From a virus (lineage: Duplodnaviria; Heunggongvirae; Uroviricota; Caudoviricetes), in the IMG/VR virus record IMGVR_UViG_3300031088_000793: a stretch of DNA of 64,000 bases. One strand, 5' to 3'. The translations under genes were made by a program, and so were the position numbers. The notes below the pieces were generated by a model that was not told the DNA's origin, ran no database searches, and saw nothing but the letters and a program-made list of their open reading frames with translations. How positions within the stretch are numbered: the stretch's first letter is position 1; each line of letters starts with the position of its first letter. Shown in pieces: positions 46,188 through 55,350 of the stretch.

Positions 46188-46263
46188 AGCTGGTTCTCCT
46201 TGATTGCAGGTGGAGCCATATCGACAACCGTTGGAGAATTCAGTGGATCTCTCTGCGAAAAGA

Positions 46264-46300
46264 AGCGACTGTCCTCGAACCGAGGCTCGGGGACAGTCGC
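46264..46300 (-). terminator. rho-independent terminator downstream of 46322..47461
   Basis: 10-bp stem GCGACTGTCC/GGACAGTCGC followed on the minus strand by TTCTTTTCG. Confidence 0.55.
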
Positions 46301-46321
46301 TCTAGGCTAGACCGAGATCAG

Positions 46322-47461
46322 CTAACTGAGAGGGACAGCTTCGAAGGGGATTGTGAGATCGAAGTCAGTGCCCTTGAGGTAGCTTCCGTCCCAGCTCTGC
46401 CCAGTGAGCTCATTGTACTTGGCCGCTGTGAAGGCGCTGTCTCCGAAGTTCTCGTGGCTGTCGTAGGATTGAAGGTAGGTGAAGTCCCCAGAAGAGTTCC
46501 ATCTTACAGTCACAGGTCCGTTCTTTAGAGGGGCATAGGTCTCCGCCTGCTGTCCATCAGCCGTGAGCCCTCTGTGATCCAGGTATTGCACCTCTCCCGA
46601 GCCGTCGGCATTCACTCCCAGCGAGACCTTGTTGGCGCCGTCGATGGGCGTCTTGAGGTAGACCTGAATCGTGAGGCTACCGTCCAGCCCTCGGTAGATC
46701 ACAGAGGGCTTACTGTCGCTCTTAGCGTGGTCCACTAGGGACCCTGAGACGCCCCTGTCGACTGTGGTTCTACCGTCCGTCTGCTTTGCCACGGTGACTG
46801 CGCGGAGCTCGCCTTCCTCGAGGATCCAGCGCGTGTCCGCATAGTAGTCTCGCTCAGGCGCGTTGACCTGATCGTAGGAGGGATAGGCATTGTAGGACAG
46901 CCTGTCTCCGTTCTTGGGCGTTGAGCGCCTGTCGTAGATCTGACACATCTCGCCCTCCTGGTAGGCAAAGGCCTTGGTGTCAGGAGTAAGACTCAGGGGT
47001 GCTGGAACTGCCATGCTGTCGGATAGAGTGACGAGTAGGGCCTTAGCCTCGCCCTCGGGATAGCCCAGCGCGACGCTCCTCGTAGCCATGTAGAAGCTCG
47101 ACATCGACTGCCAGCCATCCGGAGAAGTTTCGGGAGTCCGAGACTCATTGGCCTTGGAGAAGTCCACCATGGCCTGAGTGATCTTGAGCTCCATGGGACC
47201 GCACTGGTAGCTTGCGAGCACACCGGAGCTGTCGGTGGGTCCGCCAGGGCTTTCTGTACCTGAGCCACCGCCTCCACTGGGATCTACTCCTTTGAGTCCA
47301 GCAGTGGCCTTGAATTTGCTGTCTTCGATGTTCTGCGCGTGGACGAAGAACCCACCCCCATCGAGGCTTGCCGATGCGGGAACAGCGATGAGTGGCACAG
47401 CTAGAGCTGCACCTAGAGTGGCGAGGAAGATCTTCCTCGCTTTGCGGGGCGTTCTGTTCAA
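46322..47461 (-). CDS. secreted protein, paralog family D, member 4 (379 aa)
   Basis: Its N-terminal 60 aa are nearly identical to member 5 (MNRTPRKARKIFLATLGAALAVPLIAVPASASLDGGGFFVHAQNIEDSKFKATAGLKG). Confidence 0.65.
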   Translation of the reverse strand: MNRTPRKARKIFLATLGAALAVPLIAVPASASLDGGGFFVHAQNIEDSKFKATAGLKGVDPSGGGGSGTESPGGPTDSSGVLASYQCGPMELKITQAMVDFSKANESRTPETSPDGWQSMSSFYMATRSVALGYPEGEAKALLVTLSDSMAVPAPLSLTPDTKAFAYQEGEMCQIYDRRSTPKNGDRLSYNAYPSYDQVNAPERDYYADTRWILEEGELRAVTVAKQTDGRTTVDRGVSGSLVDHAKSDSKPSVIYRGLDGSLTIQVYLKTPIDGANKVSLGVNADGSGEVQYLDHRGLTADGQQAETYAPLKNGPVTVRWNSSGDFTYLQSYDSHENFGDSAFTAAKYNELTGQSWDGSYLKGTDFDLTIPFEAVPLS

Positions 47462-47505
47462 GATCTTCTCTCCCTGATGAAAGCAGCACTGGTCACATCA
47501 TAGGA
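47455..47505. repeat. duplicated ~50-bp 5' region, also present at 48895-48945
   Basis: CTGTTCAAGATCTTCTCTCCCTGATGAAAGCAGCACTGGT versus CTGTCCAAGATTTTCTCTCCCTGATGAAAGCTGCACTGGT, immediately upstream of members 4 and 5. Confidence 0.6.
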
Positions 47506-47639
47506 ATTGAGCTCTCCAGCCGCGTAATCGGTGAGGTTCCGAGGCTGGAGAGATTCCGCATCTAGAATGCTGAAATGTTCCTATGTGACGGATTATCAAC
47601 ACAGCTGAAGCGCCGGAGATAGCACCGTAGACTCACTGA

Positions 47640-47680
47640 CAGGAATTGCCCCTCGGAGCTCAGCTCCGAGGGGCAATTCC
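47640..47680 (-). terminator. strong hairpin downstream of 47700..48902
   Basis: 19-bp perfect inverted repeat AGGAATTGCCCCTCGGAGC/GCTCCGAGGGGCAATTCCT with a 3-nt loop. Confidence 0.5.
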
Positions 47681-47699
47681 TGAGATCCTAGTTCAATCG

Positions 47700-48902
47700 C
47701 TAGGAAGCAGTGGGCTGGAAGGGGGGAGTGGTGTTGAAGTCGGAGAACTTGGGGTAAAAGCCATCCCAGTTCTGGCCAGTAGCTGCGTTGTACTCAGCCA
47801 CTGTCGGGTAGGAATTCTCGCCGTCAGCTGATGAGTAGAAGCGCATGTTTCCATCGCCGAGGTCTACGATCCTACCGGGGCCCTGCTTTCTGTCTGACTG
47901 CTCAGTCAGGGCATAGCCATTGGAATCGGATCCGTTGTACTTCAGATACATGATCTCGACACTGTTGATGCGGATGTAGTCGTAGCCATCTCGGATCGAG
48001 TCATAGCGAATAGTAAGGTTATTATCTCCAGTAAGGGAGTAGAAGGGCAGATTCGAAGCCGTTGCGGGAGGGCTAAAGTCCAGCATGCTCTTCTGGCGGG
48101 CCACCGAGATCCTGCCGCCGGTCTGTGTGGCAACATTGACCAGGTTCAGCTGACCTTCCTCCATCACATAGCGACTTTCGGAAATGCTCGGAGCTCCCGA
48201 TCCAGAGGGGGCAAAGTTATATGCAACCATCGCACCGGCCTTAGGTGCTCCTCTGAGATCGTAGTACATATACATCCCGCCGCTATCGAGGACCTGGAGC
48301 TTTACGCCCGAAGAGGGAGCTAGAGAGACGGGCAGAACACCGACTCCAGCATTGAGGTTCACGACCTCAGGTCGAGATCCATCCTCGGGGAAGCCTAGCC
48401 GCATTGTGTTTGAAGCTGCATCGTAGGAAGAAATGGACTGCCAGCCATCGGGGTGAGTTCGAGGAGCCTTGCCTTCAGCCACTAGGGCCTCATTGGCGTT
48501 GGAGAAGTCGACCATTGCCTGTGTGACCCTGAAGCTCACAGGGCCCTTCTGGTAGTCGACCAGGAGGCTAGAGCTGTCCTCTGGACTACCGGGAACTGCT
48601 CCATCTCCACCCGTGCCGCCGCCGGGCGTAGTGCCACCGGAACCATCTCCAGGTGTAGTGCCACCGCCGCCAGTGCCATCTCCGGGAGTTGTGCCTCCAC
48701 CGGAGCCGCCACCGCCGCCGGGGTTGGTGCCTTTGAGGCCGGCCGTAGCCTTGAACTTGCTCTCCTCGATGTTCTGCGCGTGGACGAAGAATCCACCTCC
48801 ATCGAGGCTTGCCGATGCGGGAACGGCGATGAGGGGGACGGCTAGAGCTGCCCCGATGGTGGCGAGGATAATCCTCTTCTGTCTACGGGGTGTCCTGTCC
48901 AA
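47700..48902 (-). CDS. secreted protein, paralog family D, member 5 (400 aa), with a Gly/Thr/Pro-rich low-complexity linker
   Basis: Signal peptide and the shared N- and C-terminal modules. Linker GGGGSGGGTTPGDGTGGGGTTPGDGSGGTTPGGGTGGDG. Confidence 0.65.
   Translation of the reverse strand: MDRTPRRQKRIILATIGAALAVPLIAVPASASLDGGGFFVHAQNIEESKFKATAGLKGTNPGGGGGSGGGTTPGDGTGGGGTTPGDGSGGTTPGGGTGGDGAVPGSPEDSSSLLVDYQKGPVSFRVTQAMVDFSNANEALVAEGKAPRTHPDGWQSISSYDAASNTMRLGFPEDGSRPEVVNLNAGVGVLPVSLAPSSGVKLQVLDSGGMYMYYDLRGAPKAGAMVAYNFAPSGSGAPSISESRYVMEEGQLNLVNVATQTGGRISVARQKSMLDFSPPATASNLPFYSLTGDNNLTIRYDSIRDGYDYIRINSVEIMYLKYNGSDSNGYALTEQSDRKQGPGRIVDLGDGNMRFYSSADGENSYPTVAEYNAATGQNWDGFYPKFSDFNTTPPFQPTAS
48600..48725. 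repeat. coding tandem repeat (Gly-rich linker of member 5)
   Basis: Imperfect ~30-nt units encoding TTPGDG(S/T)GGG. Confidence 0.5.
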
Positions 48903-49212
48903 GATTTTCTCTCCCTGATGAAAGCTGCACTGGTTTGCATCGTAGGCTCAAGGTCTATTGCTACGCTCTCCCGGCACCGGAGCTGGTTGGCACTCCGGAT
49001 TCGAGCGTCGCTGCACTTGGAGCACAGAGAGTCGCCTACCCAATCCACTATCAACAACGGTTGCAATTCAAGTTAGCCTCCGCTGAAAAACGAAGAGGCC
49101 AGTCAGGGAATCTGGACCTATTCACCAGGACCTGTGTGAATGGTACAAGAAAGTAGCTGATCTGTTGGCGCTATTGCACAATGGCTCCTCAGCGCCATTC
49201 CCTCGGCCAAAG

Positions 49213-49251
49213 AGAAAGGCCACCTTCCTTCCCAGGTGGGGAGGCGGTGGC
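49213..49251 (-). terminator. rho-independent terminator downstream of the small ORF 49280..49449
   Basis: GGCCACC...GGTGGCC stem with inner pairing, followed on the minus strand by TTTCTCTTTGG. Confidence 0.45.
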
Positions 49252-49279
49252 CTGAGCGGATGGAGCTAGGAGCGGATGC

Positions 49280-49449
49280 TCACCAGCCCGAGCGGACGGC
49301 GGCGCGCTTCGCGGTCGAGCGAGTGCGCTGACGGGGCGGGCGGTTGTCGTGGGTGCCCCAGGCACCGGAGAACGCACGCTCCGTGGCGGCCTTGGCAGCG
49401 ATGGGGTTGGCGGTGGCGCGGAACTTGGGGTTCTTCTTGGCAGCCATGG
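49280..49449 (-). CDS. possible small basic protein (55 aa)
   Basis: MAAKKNPKFRATANPIAAKAATERAF... with an AAAGGAC Shine-Dalgarno, a promoter-like TTGTGC-N16-TATTGT upstream, and a terminator downstream. Confidence 0.35.
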
Positions 49450-49584
49450 GAAAGTCCTTTGTGCGGGGGATGGTGAGTCCCGGGGGTGTGGTGTGATTCC
49501 TACAATACACGATCTATCGTAGCGCACAACCCCCGGAACCGAAACTCTTCCAGCGACTTTAGCGCGGCCTGAGATCCATCCGAA

Positions 49585-50769
49585 TCAGTTGCAGAGTCTG
49601 AGCACTCCATTGGCCATGGGTGCTACCATGCAGCTACCGTCGGTAGCGGACTTGGAGAGCAGACCCGGAGCCTTCTCTCCAGCGACCTCGGACCAGCTCA
49701 CGCCACCGTCGCTAGAGCCATAGAGAGCGACCTTGCCCACTGACCAGTCAATGCTCGAAGCGATGAGCCGATCTCCCGTAGATCCGAGAAGCGAGGAGTA
49801 GGCGGGAAGTCCAGTAGCACTCAGAGGACTCCAGCTGCCTCCACCTGTTGAGGCAAAGTAGCTCGGCTCAGTGCCGTCGGTAGCTCCGAGGGCCGTGGAG
49901 TTGCGGATCACAGTGCCACCCTGCTCGATAGCGCCGTTGGCCATCCTGCCGATGGGGCTCTTGGCCAGGGATGTTCCGGGGATCTGCTGAGCAGAGAGCT
50001 TCCAGTTGGCCCCATCGGAGGACTCGATCAGAGCGCTGCTGATGTTGCCATCCGCTGTGCCGACGAGCCCCGTAGCTGCTACGAGCTTACCGCCGAAGGA
50101 GTATACCTCTACGATGGAGGTTGAACTGTAGGCTGCGACGACTTCAGGAGGAAGCGCTGCGTTGCTCCAGCTGACTCCATCCCGGGAGTAGATCAGAGGC
50201 GCTACGCCGCTCTCCCCAGAGCCGCCCGCTACAAAGGCCCCATTGCCGTAGGCCACATAGGTGAAGCTGCTAAGATTCGAGCTCTGCTCAGTCCAGTTAG
50301 CACCGTCGGTGGAGCTCATGATTCTGCCATCATTGGAGACGGCAACATAGCGGCCACCGCCGTAGGCCACGCTGAGCCAGCCACCTTCGGGCGCATCGTC
50401 GCTCGCGGTCCAAGTCTTACCGTCCGCGGAGCTCATGGTTCTGTGAGCGCCGCCCGTCGAGACCGCCACATACTTGCCGGCTCCGTAGGTCGCGCCTGTC
50501 CAGTTACCGTCGGGAACCGTATAGAGCTCAGCCTGACCTGGCTCAGCGGGGCTGGGAGTCTCTTCGCCACCTCCGGGTGGCAGTGAGACCCCTCTCATGC
50601 CAGCAGTTGCTTCGTACTGCTTTTCCTCGATGTTCTGAGCGTGGACAAGGAAGCCGCCTCCATCCAGTGCGGCTGAGGCTCCAGGGACCAGAGCAAAGCT
50701 GCCTACCGCCGCGATGGCTAGCGCTCCGAGTAGTCGATTTCTGCTCTGTAGTGGCTTCTTGCTCATCAT
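49585..50769 (-). CDS. secreted BNR/Asp-box repeat protein (sialidase-like beta-propeller), family D-related N-terminus
   Basis: Signal peptide and ALDGGGFLVHAQNIEEKQYEATAG as in family D, followed by at least six Asp-box repeats (SSADGKTWT, STDGANWT, SRDGVSWS, SSDGANWK, STGGGSWS, SSDGGVSWS). Confidence 0.7.
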   Translation of the reverse strand: MMSKKPLQSRNRLLGALAIAAVGSFALVPGASAALDGGGFLVHAQNIEEKQYEATAGMRGVSLPPGGGEETPSPAEPGQAELYTVPDGNWTGATYGAGKYVAVSTGGAHRTMSSADGKTWTASDDAPEGGWLSVAYGGGRYVAVSNDGRIMSSTDGANWTEQSSNLSSFTYVAYGNGAFVAGGSGESGVAPLIYSRDGVSWSNAALPPEVVAAYSSTSIVEVYSFGGKLVAATGLVGTADGNISSALIESSDGANWKLSAQQIPGTSLAKSPIGRMANGAIEQGGTVIRNSTALGATDGTEPSYFASTGGGSWSPLSATGLPAYSSLLGSTGDRLIASSIDWSVGKVALYGSSDGGVSWSEVAGEKAPGLLSKSATDGSCMVAPMANGVLRLCN

Positions 50770-51031
50770 TGCGCTCCCGATCCGAGGTACAGCTTGGTTG
50801 AGAGCTATATCGGGAAATCGCCCAGGTCACAGCATTGTTTGACATTTCAATAAGGATATACTGGCCATAGAATCCAGATGATGCAGAGGCGTTGCTACTG
50901 TTGAAGAGCAATCTCTTGAGCTCGTTAGACGCAGCATAGGAGACGATAGCAAAGAGCGCCGAAGGGGATGTGTGATACTTCCCGCTCCGGCGCTCAGAGG
51001 GCTGACTACGGCCTCCTAGTAGCGCTTGGGG

Positions 51032-51310
51032 CTATCTACGGAGGAGATCCTGAAGCTCAAGCTCGACCCCGTGCTCCCGGAGGTACTCGAGCTCCTCCTG
51101 AGCCTGGAGGAAGCCGATGGCGGTGGTGCTCCACTCTCCGGATTTGTGGAGGATCCTCGTGCCGATGATTCGCTTGCCGAAGAGGCGACGCTCAGAGATC
51201 ACGAGCTTCAGCACCCAGCCGGGATCGCTACCCTCCGAGATCGTCCGCTCACTCCGGAGCGTGAGCATCCGGCCAGCACTGTCGCTGTAGCTTCGAACCT
51301 TGGTGGGCAT
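51032..51310 (-). CDS. hypothetical protein (92 aa)
   Basis: Minus-strand ORF with an ATGA-type junction to the upstream gene. Confidence 0.45.
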   Translation of the reverse strand: MPTKVRSYSDSAGRMLTLRSERTISEGSDPGWVLKLVISERRLFGKRIIGTRILHKSGEWSTTAIGFLQAQEELEYLREHGVELELQDLLRR

Positions 51311-51642
51311 CAGTTCTCTTCCTTATCTGAGTCGATGGAGCTCTGAAGCCTCTGGGGATCGATGCCGATGCGGCGAAGTCCGTCGAGGTCGTAGATGAAC
51401 TGTACACCACCGAGCTCGGGATCGTGGACCAGGAAGGATCCTGGCAGGAGACCGATCACGGTAGCCCGGTCCACCATGCTTCGAACCTGCACAGCCCTCT
51501 CGCTCACTCCCGCCCTGGCTGTGAGCTCATAGTGCTGATCGCTACCCCCGTGGAGATTGAGGAAATCGAGGATCTCCTCCGGGCTCGCCGCTCCCACGGG
51601 GAGCACGGCCAGGGGTCTCCTGGGATAGCTGATCAGCGCCAT
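51310..51642 (-). CDS. hypothetical protein (110 aa)
   Basis: Minus-strand ORF. Confidence 0.45.
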   Translation of the reverse strand: MALISYPRRPLAVLPVGAASPEEILDFLNLHGGSDQHYELTARAGVSERAVQVRSMVDRATVIGLLPGSFLVHDPELGGVQFIYDLDGLRRIGIDPQRLQSSIDSDKEEN

Positions 51643-51651
51643 GGGTTACTC

Positions 51652-52572
51652 TCAGACCTCGGTGCTCTGGCTGTCCTCGTCGACGAGCCTCGTGGAGAAG
51701 CCCTCGGCGCTGATGAGGATGAGGAGCTTGCTTCCCTCGGGGACCTCGGGGTAGAGGTAGCCGAAGTCAGTGCGGACAGAGTAGCCGTCCTCATCGCTCC
51801 ACTCGACCTCGATCTCCACGGGAACGGCCGAGCCACTCTCCGAAGTGACGATGTAGGCGTCCGACTCCGCGAAGCCCTCGATGCTACCGTCCTCGGGGTT
51901 GTCGCCGTTCTGGACGACCACGAAGCCATCCGAGAAGAGGGAGACCAGGAGGCTGTTCCGGGGCTCGATGCCCTCGGCGAGCCAGCGCTTGGCTCCATCG
52001 TAGGCCCGGTCGAAGGCAGGACGAGCCTCGCCGTAGACCTTGGCGGCAGCGGGCTTGACCTCGCCGTAGATCCGCTCCACCGTGGGCCGAGCGCCCTGGT
52101 AGACCTTCTCGACGGTGGGGCGAGCTTCCTGGTAGACGCGCTCCAGGGTGGGGCGAGCCTCCTTGGAGATCCGGTCGAAGGCTCCCCTGCCGAAGCGCAG
52201 AGCGTTCCTGCCCGCAGCGCTCGCAGTGGTGCCAGCACCTCCGAGGCCCTTGAGGAAGTCCTCCCGGACCTGACGCTCGTAGCGCACCACGGCCCGGGCC
52301 CGCTCAGCCTTGAGGAGCTCGGCGAGCAGGGTGAAGCGGACGCTGTTGCTCTCGTAGGGAGTGAGCGCAGCCCCCTTGACCCGGGTGAGGCCGACGAGCT
52401 TGCCCCAGCGGCTGATCTCCACGAGGAAGTGGACATCCTGTCCGAGGGCGGGACGGACCAGGGCGATGAGCCCGCCGTCGCTGTTGGGGATGGTCTCCTC
52501 GAGGCGGCCGAGGAGGTAGCGAGCCGAGGCCTCTGCGAGGATGGTCTTGAAATCGTTGCTGTTCTTCGTCAT
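51652..52572 (-). CDS. hypothetical protein with tandem 11-residue repeats (306 aa)
   Basis: EARPTLERVYQ-EARPTVEKVYQ-GARPTVERIYG-EVKPAAAKVYG-EARPAFDRAYD repeat array in the middle. Confidence 0.55.
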   Translation of the reverse strand: MTKNSNDFKTILAEASARYLLGRLEETIPNSDGGLIALVRPALGQDVHFLVEISRWGKLVGLTRVKGAALTPYESNSVRFTLLAELLKAERARAVVRYERQVREDFLKGLGGAGTTASAAGRNALRFGRGAFDRISKEARPTLERVYQEARPTVEKVYQGARPTVERIYGEVKPAAAKVYGEARPAFDRAYDGAKRWLAEGIEPRNSLLVSLFSDGFVVVQNGDNPEDGSIEGFAESDAYIVTSESGSAVPVEIEVEWSDEDGYSVRTDFGYLYPEVPEGSKLLILISAEGFSTRLVDEDSQSTEV

Positions 52573-52588
52573 CTGTCTATTCCTTCGG

Positions 52589-53356
52589 TCAGTCGTCGGT
52601 CAGTAGCTCATCGGTGCGCTGAGCGTGCTCGTAGCCCGCCACCCAGCCTTCGGCTCGGGCGATGATCCTATCGGCAATCGCCCTTATCTTATCCTCCGTG
52701 GAGTAGGCGGGTCGGTCCTCCCGGAGCACGATGGGATCGGGGTAGCTGAAGTAGTAGCGGAGGCCGCCGAACTTCTCCTTGATCTGGGTGATGTTGTAGC
52801 CGGGGATGAGCTCTTCGAGCTCCAGGTGGGCGGTGAGGATGGCGGGATACCAGGGGTGGTTCCTGAACTGCTCCACATAGTAGCCGTTGTTCTCCGGGCG
52901 GCTCTTCACCATGCCCGGCTGCGCTTCGTAGCCCGAGGGCTCGTAGGCCGGAGCGCCATCGGGGCCTGGCTCGTAGGCCTCAGCCCGGCGGCGCTCGAGC
53001 TCAGTGCTGAGGCCCTGATCCTGGAGCGCCAGGGCTCGGGCTCGGTTGAGCTTGCGCTCCTGATCCTCCGGGGAGAGCTCCCTCTTGGCGATCTGAAGGA
53101 AGCGCTGCTGGAGCCCAGTGGCTATATCCAGGGCCTCGAGCTCTTCGAGGCCCAATCCGCTGAGGTCCTCGGGCAGGGGCTCAGGGAGCTCCAGGGAGAA
53201 GTAGAGCTCTTCCTCTTCTGCTCGGAGCAGAGTTCTCAGAGAGAAGAGCTGAGCGAGGAGCGTGTTCCGGCGCTCGGGTTCAGCCTCGAGCCGGAGCTCC
53301 TGCTGCTTGTGCTCCACTGCGGTCTGGAGCTCTTCGATGGTCGATCGATCAGCCAT
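52589..53356 (-). CDS. hypothetical protein (255 aa)
   Basis: Minus-strand ORF. Confidence 0.55.
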   Translation of the reverse strand: MADRSTIEELQTAVEHKQQELRLEAEPERRNTLLAQLFSLRTLLRAEEEELYFSLELPEPLPEDLSGLGLEELEALDIATGLQQRFLQIAKRELSPEDQERKLNRARALALQDQGLSTELERRRAEAYEPGPDGAPAYEPSGYEAQPGMVKSRPENNGYYVEQFRNHPWYPAILTAHLELEELIPGYNITQIKEKFGGLRYYFSYPDPIVLREDRPAYSTEDKIRAIADRIIARAEGWVAGYEHAQRTDELLTDD

Positions 53357-53358
53357 GA

Positions 53359-53613
53359 TCAGCGTTCCTCCTTTGCGAGGCTCTCCCAGTCACAGGAAAG
53401 CCCTCCTGAATTGTAGCTCTCTGAGGCCCAGATGCAGAGCACCGTCCGACCATCCGGAAGCTTCTCCTCGAAGCTATAGTGAGCGTGGGGTGTCTGCGGC
53501 TCTTGGGCGGCTTCGGCCTTCTGGGCGTCCTGCGTAGCAGGAGTCGCACAGCCAACGAGGCTCAAGCTGAGCCCCAGCAGAGCAGCTGCGACCAGTGTCT
53601 TTCTACGCTTCAT
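53359..53613 (-). CDS. lipoprotein (84 aa)
   Basis: Signal peptide plus lipobox LVGC. Confidence 0.5.
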   Translation of the reverse strand: MKRRKTLVAAALLGLSLSLVGCATPATQDAQKAEAAQEPQTPHAHYSFEEKLPDGRTVLCIWASESYNSGGLSCDWESLAKEER

Positions 53614-53626
53614 GGTCGATTCCTTT

Positions 53627-54178
53627 CTAGGCGGGCCATCTGAGGTTGATCTCGCTGTAGTCGTAGGCTCCGAGCTCTACGACCTTGGTGGACTGATTGT
53701 TTCCCGTCCCCTTGAAGCCCCGGACAGTGAGAGTGTCTCCGTGGGAAACGGAGACCTGCTCCCCGTCCTTGAGGCTCAGCGTGTAGAGAACTGAGCCCTT
53801 GACATCTGGCCTGTGATCAGGATTCGATCTTACACCATGGAGGAAGCCGATGTGTTCGTGGACGATGGGTTCGGGGTCCACGGGCGTTGAGGCGGCCTCA
53901 ATGGGCTCCCGGTAGCCCTCTTCATCGTCGAAGTCAAAGTCGCCGAAGTCACCCTCGTCGAGGTAGCCGTAGTAGGATTGGCTGTAGCGGCTCGGTCGCT
54001 CCAGCCGCCGGATGTGGATGGGAAGCCCGATGGCGCCAAGGAGGAGGCGGGCAGAGGGCAGCGTAGGCAGCGGGGCCTTTGCTGCGCGCTCCGCTTCGAA
54101 GTCCCTGCGGCGCTTCGCATCGATCTCCTCGGAGCTCAGGCCCCGATCCTCGGGCTGGCCCTCGTCTATCTCGATCAC
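53627..54178 (-). CDS. hypothetical protein (183 aa)
   Basis: Minus-strand ORF overlapping the next gene by 4 nt. Confidence 0.5.
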   Translation of the reverse strand: MIEIDEGQPEDRGLSSEEIDAKRRRDFEAERAAKAPLPTLPSARLLLGAIGLPIHIRRLERPSRYSQSYYGYLDEGDFGDFDFDDEEGYREPIEAASTPVDPEPIVHEHIGFLHGVRSNPDHRPDVKGSVLYTLSLKDGEQVSVSHGDTLTVRGFKGTGNNQSTKVVELGAYDYSEINLRWPA

Positions 54179-54606
54179 TGGTCGTCCTCCTGAGCTGACG
54201 CTTCGCCCTGGCGCTCGATGCTGTCCCAGTCAGGGCTCTGGTGGATGACCCGCCAGCCCGAGGTCTCTGAGGTCACTGCCTGGATCTGAAGCACGGAGTC
54301 TTCGAGATCCAGGGGCCGGGGCCCTTCTGACCCGGCCAGGGTGATGCTGAGAGTGTCTCCCCCTCGGATCGCATGTCCCTGGATGCGGAGGTCTGAGAAG
54401 TCCACGAGGAGAAGCGTGCCTGCCATCTCCAGGGAGAACAGCGCATCTGCCCGGATAGAATCGGCTTCCTCGTGGTGGAGGTCGATGGTCTGGATCGAGA
54501 TGCTCCGGATCCGGATGACCTTGCCGATGTGGCTGAGGAGCAGCTCATTGAGCTGTCGGCCGCCCTTGGGCTCTACGGCTCCAGCGAGCTCGGATACCTC
54601 GATCAC
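54175..54606 (-). CDS. small protein, paralog family E (GTG start, VIEVSEL...)
   Basis: GTGA start/stop overlap with the upstream paralog. Shares MIE(V/L)S... at the N-terminus and ...SG.W(K/R).IH... near the C-terminus with 54603..55004 and 55001..55345. Confidence 0.45.
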   Translation of the reverse strand: MIEVSELAGAVEPKGGRQLNELLLSHIGKVIRIRSISIQTIDLHHEEADSIRADALFSLEMAGTLLLVDFSDLRIQGHAIRGGDTLSITLAGSEGPRPLDLEDSVLQIQAVTSETSGWRVIHQSPDWDSIERQGEASAQEDDQ

Positions 54607-55004
54607 AGCTTCAGCTCCTCTGTGGTTGCGGTGACCCACTCGGAGCCCCGGTGGATGAGCTTCCAGCTGCCGGAATCCTCCTGGAAGACCTCGATGAGCG
54701 AGAGCTCGTGATCCACAGAGATGGGATCTCCCCAGGAGAGTGCGACGCTGAGCCTGGAGTAGGTTCGGTTGCTCCTGTTGATTCGATGGCGCTCTTCGTC
54801 AGCCAGCGACACACCCATCAGCAAACCTGTGCTGTCGGAGATCTTTCTGTCGACTCCGTCTACGCGGTAGTTGTAGTCGTAGCTCTTGACATTGCTCACG
54901 GTTCGAACTCGGAGAGTCCTACCGTGGAGGCTCAGGAGCAAGCCGTGGAGGTCCTGAGCGTTCTCGATCTGAGCGATGGCCGATTCCTCTGAGACTTCGA
55001 TCAT
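54603..55004 (-). CDS. small protein, paralog family E (133 aa)
   Basis: MIEVSEESAIAQIENAQDLHGLLLSLHGRTLRVRT...EDSGSWKLIHRGSEW. Confidence 0.5.
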   Translation of the reverse strand: MIEVSEESAIAQIENAQDLHGLLLSLHGRTLRVRTVSNVKSYDYNYRVDGVDRKISDSTGLLMGVSLADEERHRINRSNRTYSRLSVALSWGDPISVDHELSLIEVFQEDSGSWKLIHRGSEWVTATTEELKL

Positions 55005-55345
55005 GCTGTTTCCACCTTCTTAGCTTCAGGAGCGATGGAGCCGAGGTAGATCTGCTTCCACTCTCCGCTATCTGCCTGGAGCACCTCGACGGAGCTCGTC
55101 CGACGAATGAGAAGCATCGTTCCCAGACCTTCGATGAGGAGGAAGAGCCTCTGACCCGAACGGCTAATGCCGCCCTCCTCGAAGCTCAATCCCTGGAGCC
55201 TTCCGAGATTCCGGATCCGCTCTCCGGTGGAGGTGTTCACGGTGCCAGCCCGGACGACCCGGCCGTAGTAGGGCTGAAGGAGCTCGTAGAGTCCCTCGAC
55301 TGAGATCGACTCGGTAGCTACTGCTGCATCGTTCTGAAGTTCGAT
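55001..55345 (-). CDS. small protein, paralog family E (~115 aa; start MIELQND)
   Basis: Internal ATG of the track ORF. ...ADSGEWKQIYLG C-terminal block. Confidence 0.45.
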   Translation of the reverse strand: MELQNDAAVATESISVEGLYELLQPYYGRVVRAGTVNTSTGERIRNLGRLQGLSFEEGGISRSGQRLFLLIEGLGTMLLIRRTSSVEVLQADSGEWKQIYLGSIAPEAKKVETA

Positions 55346-55350
55346 CATTG

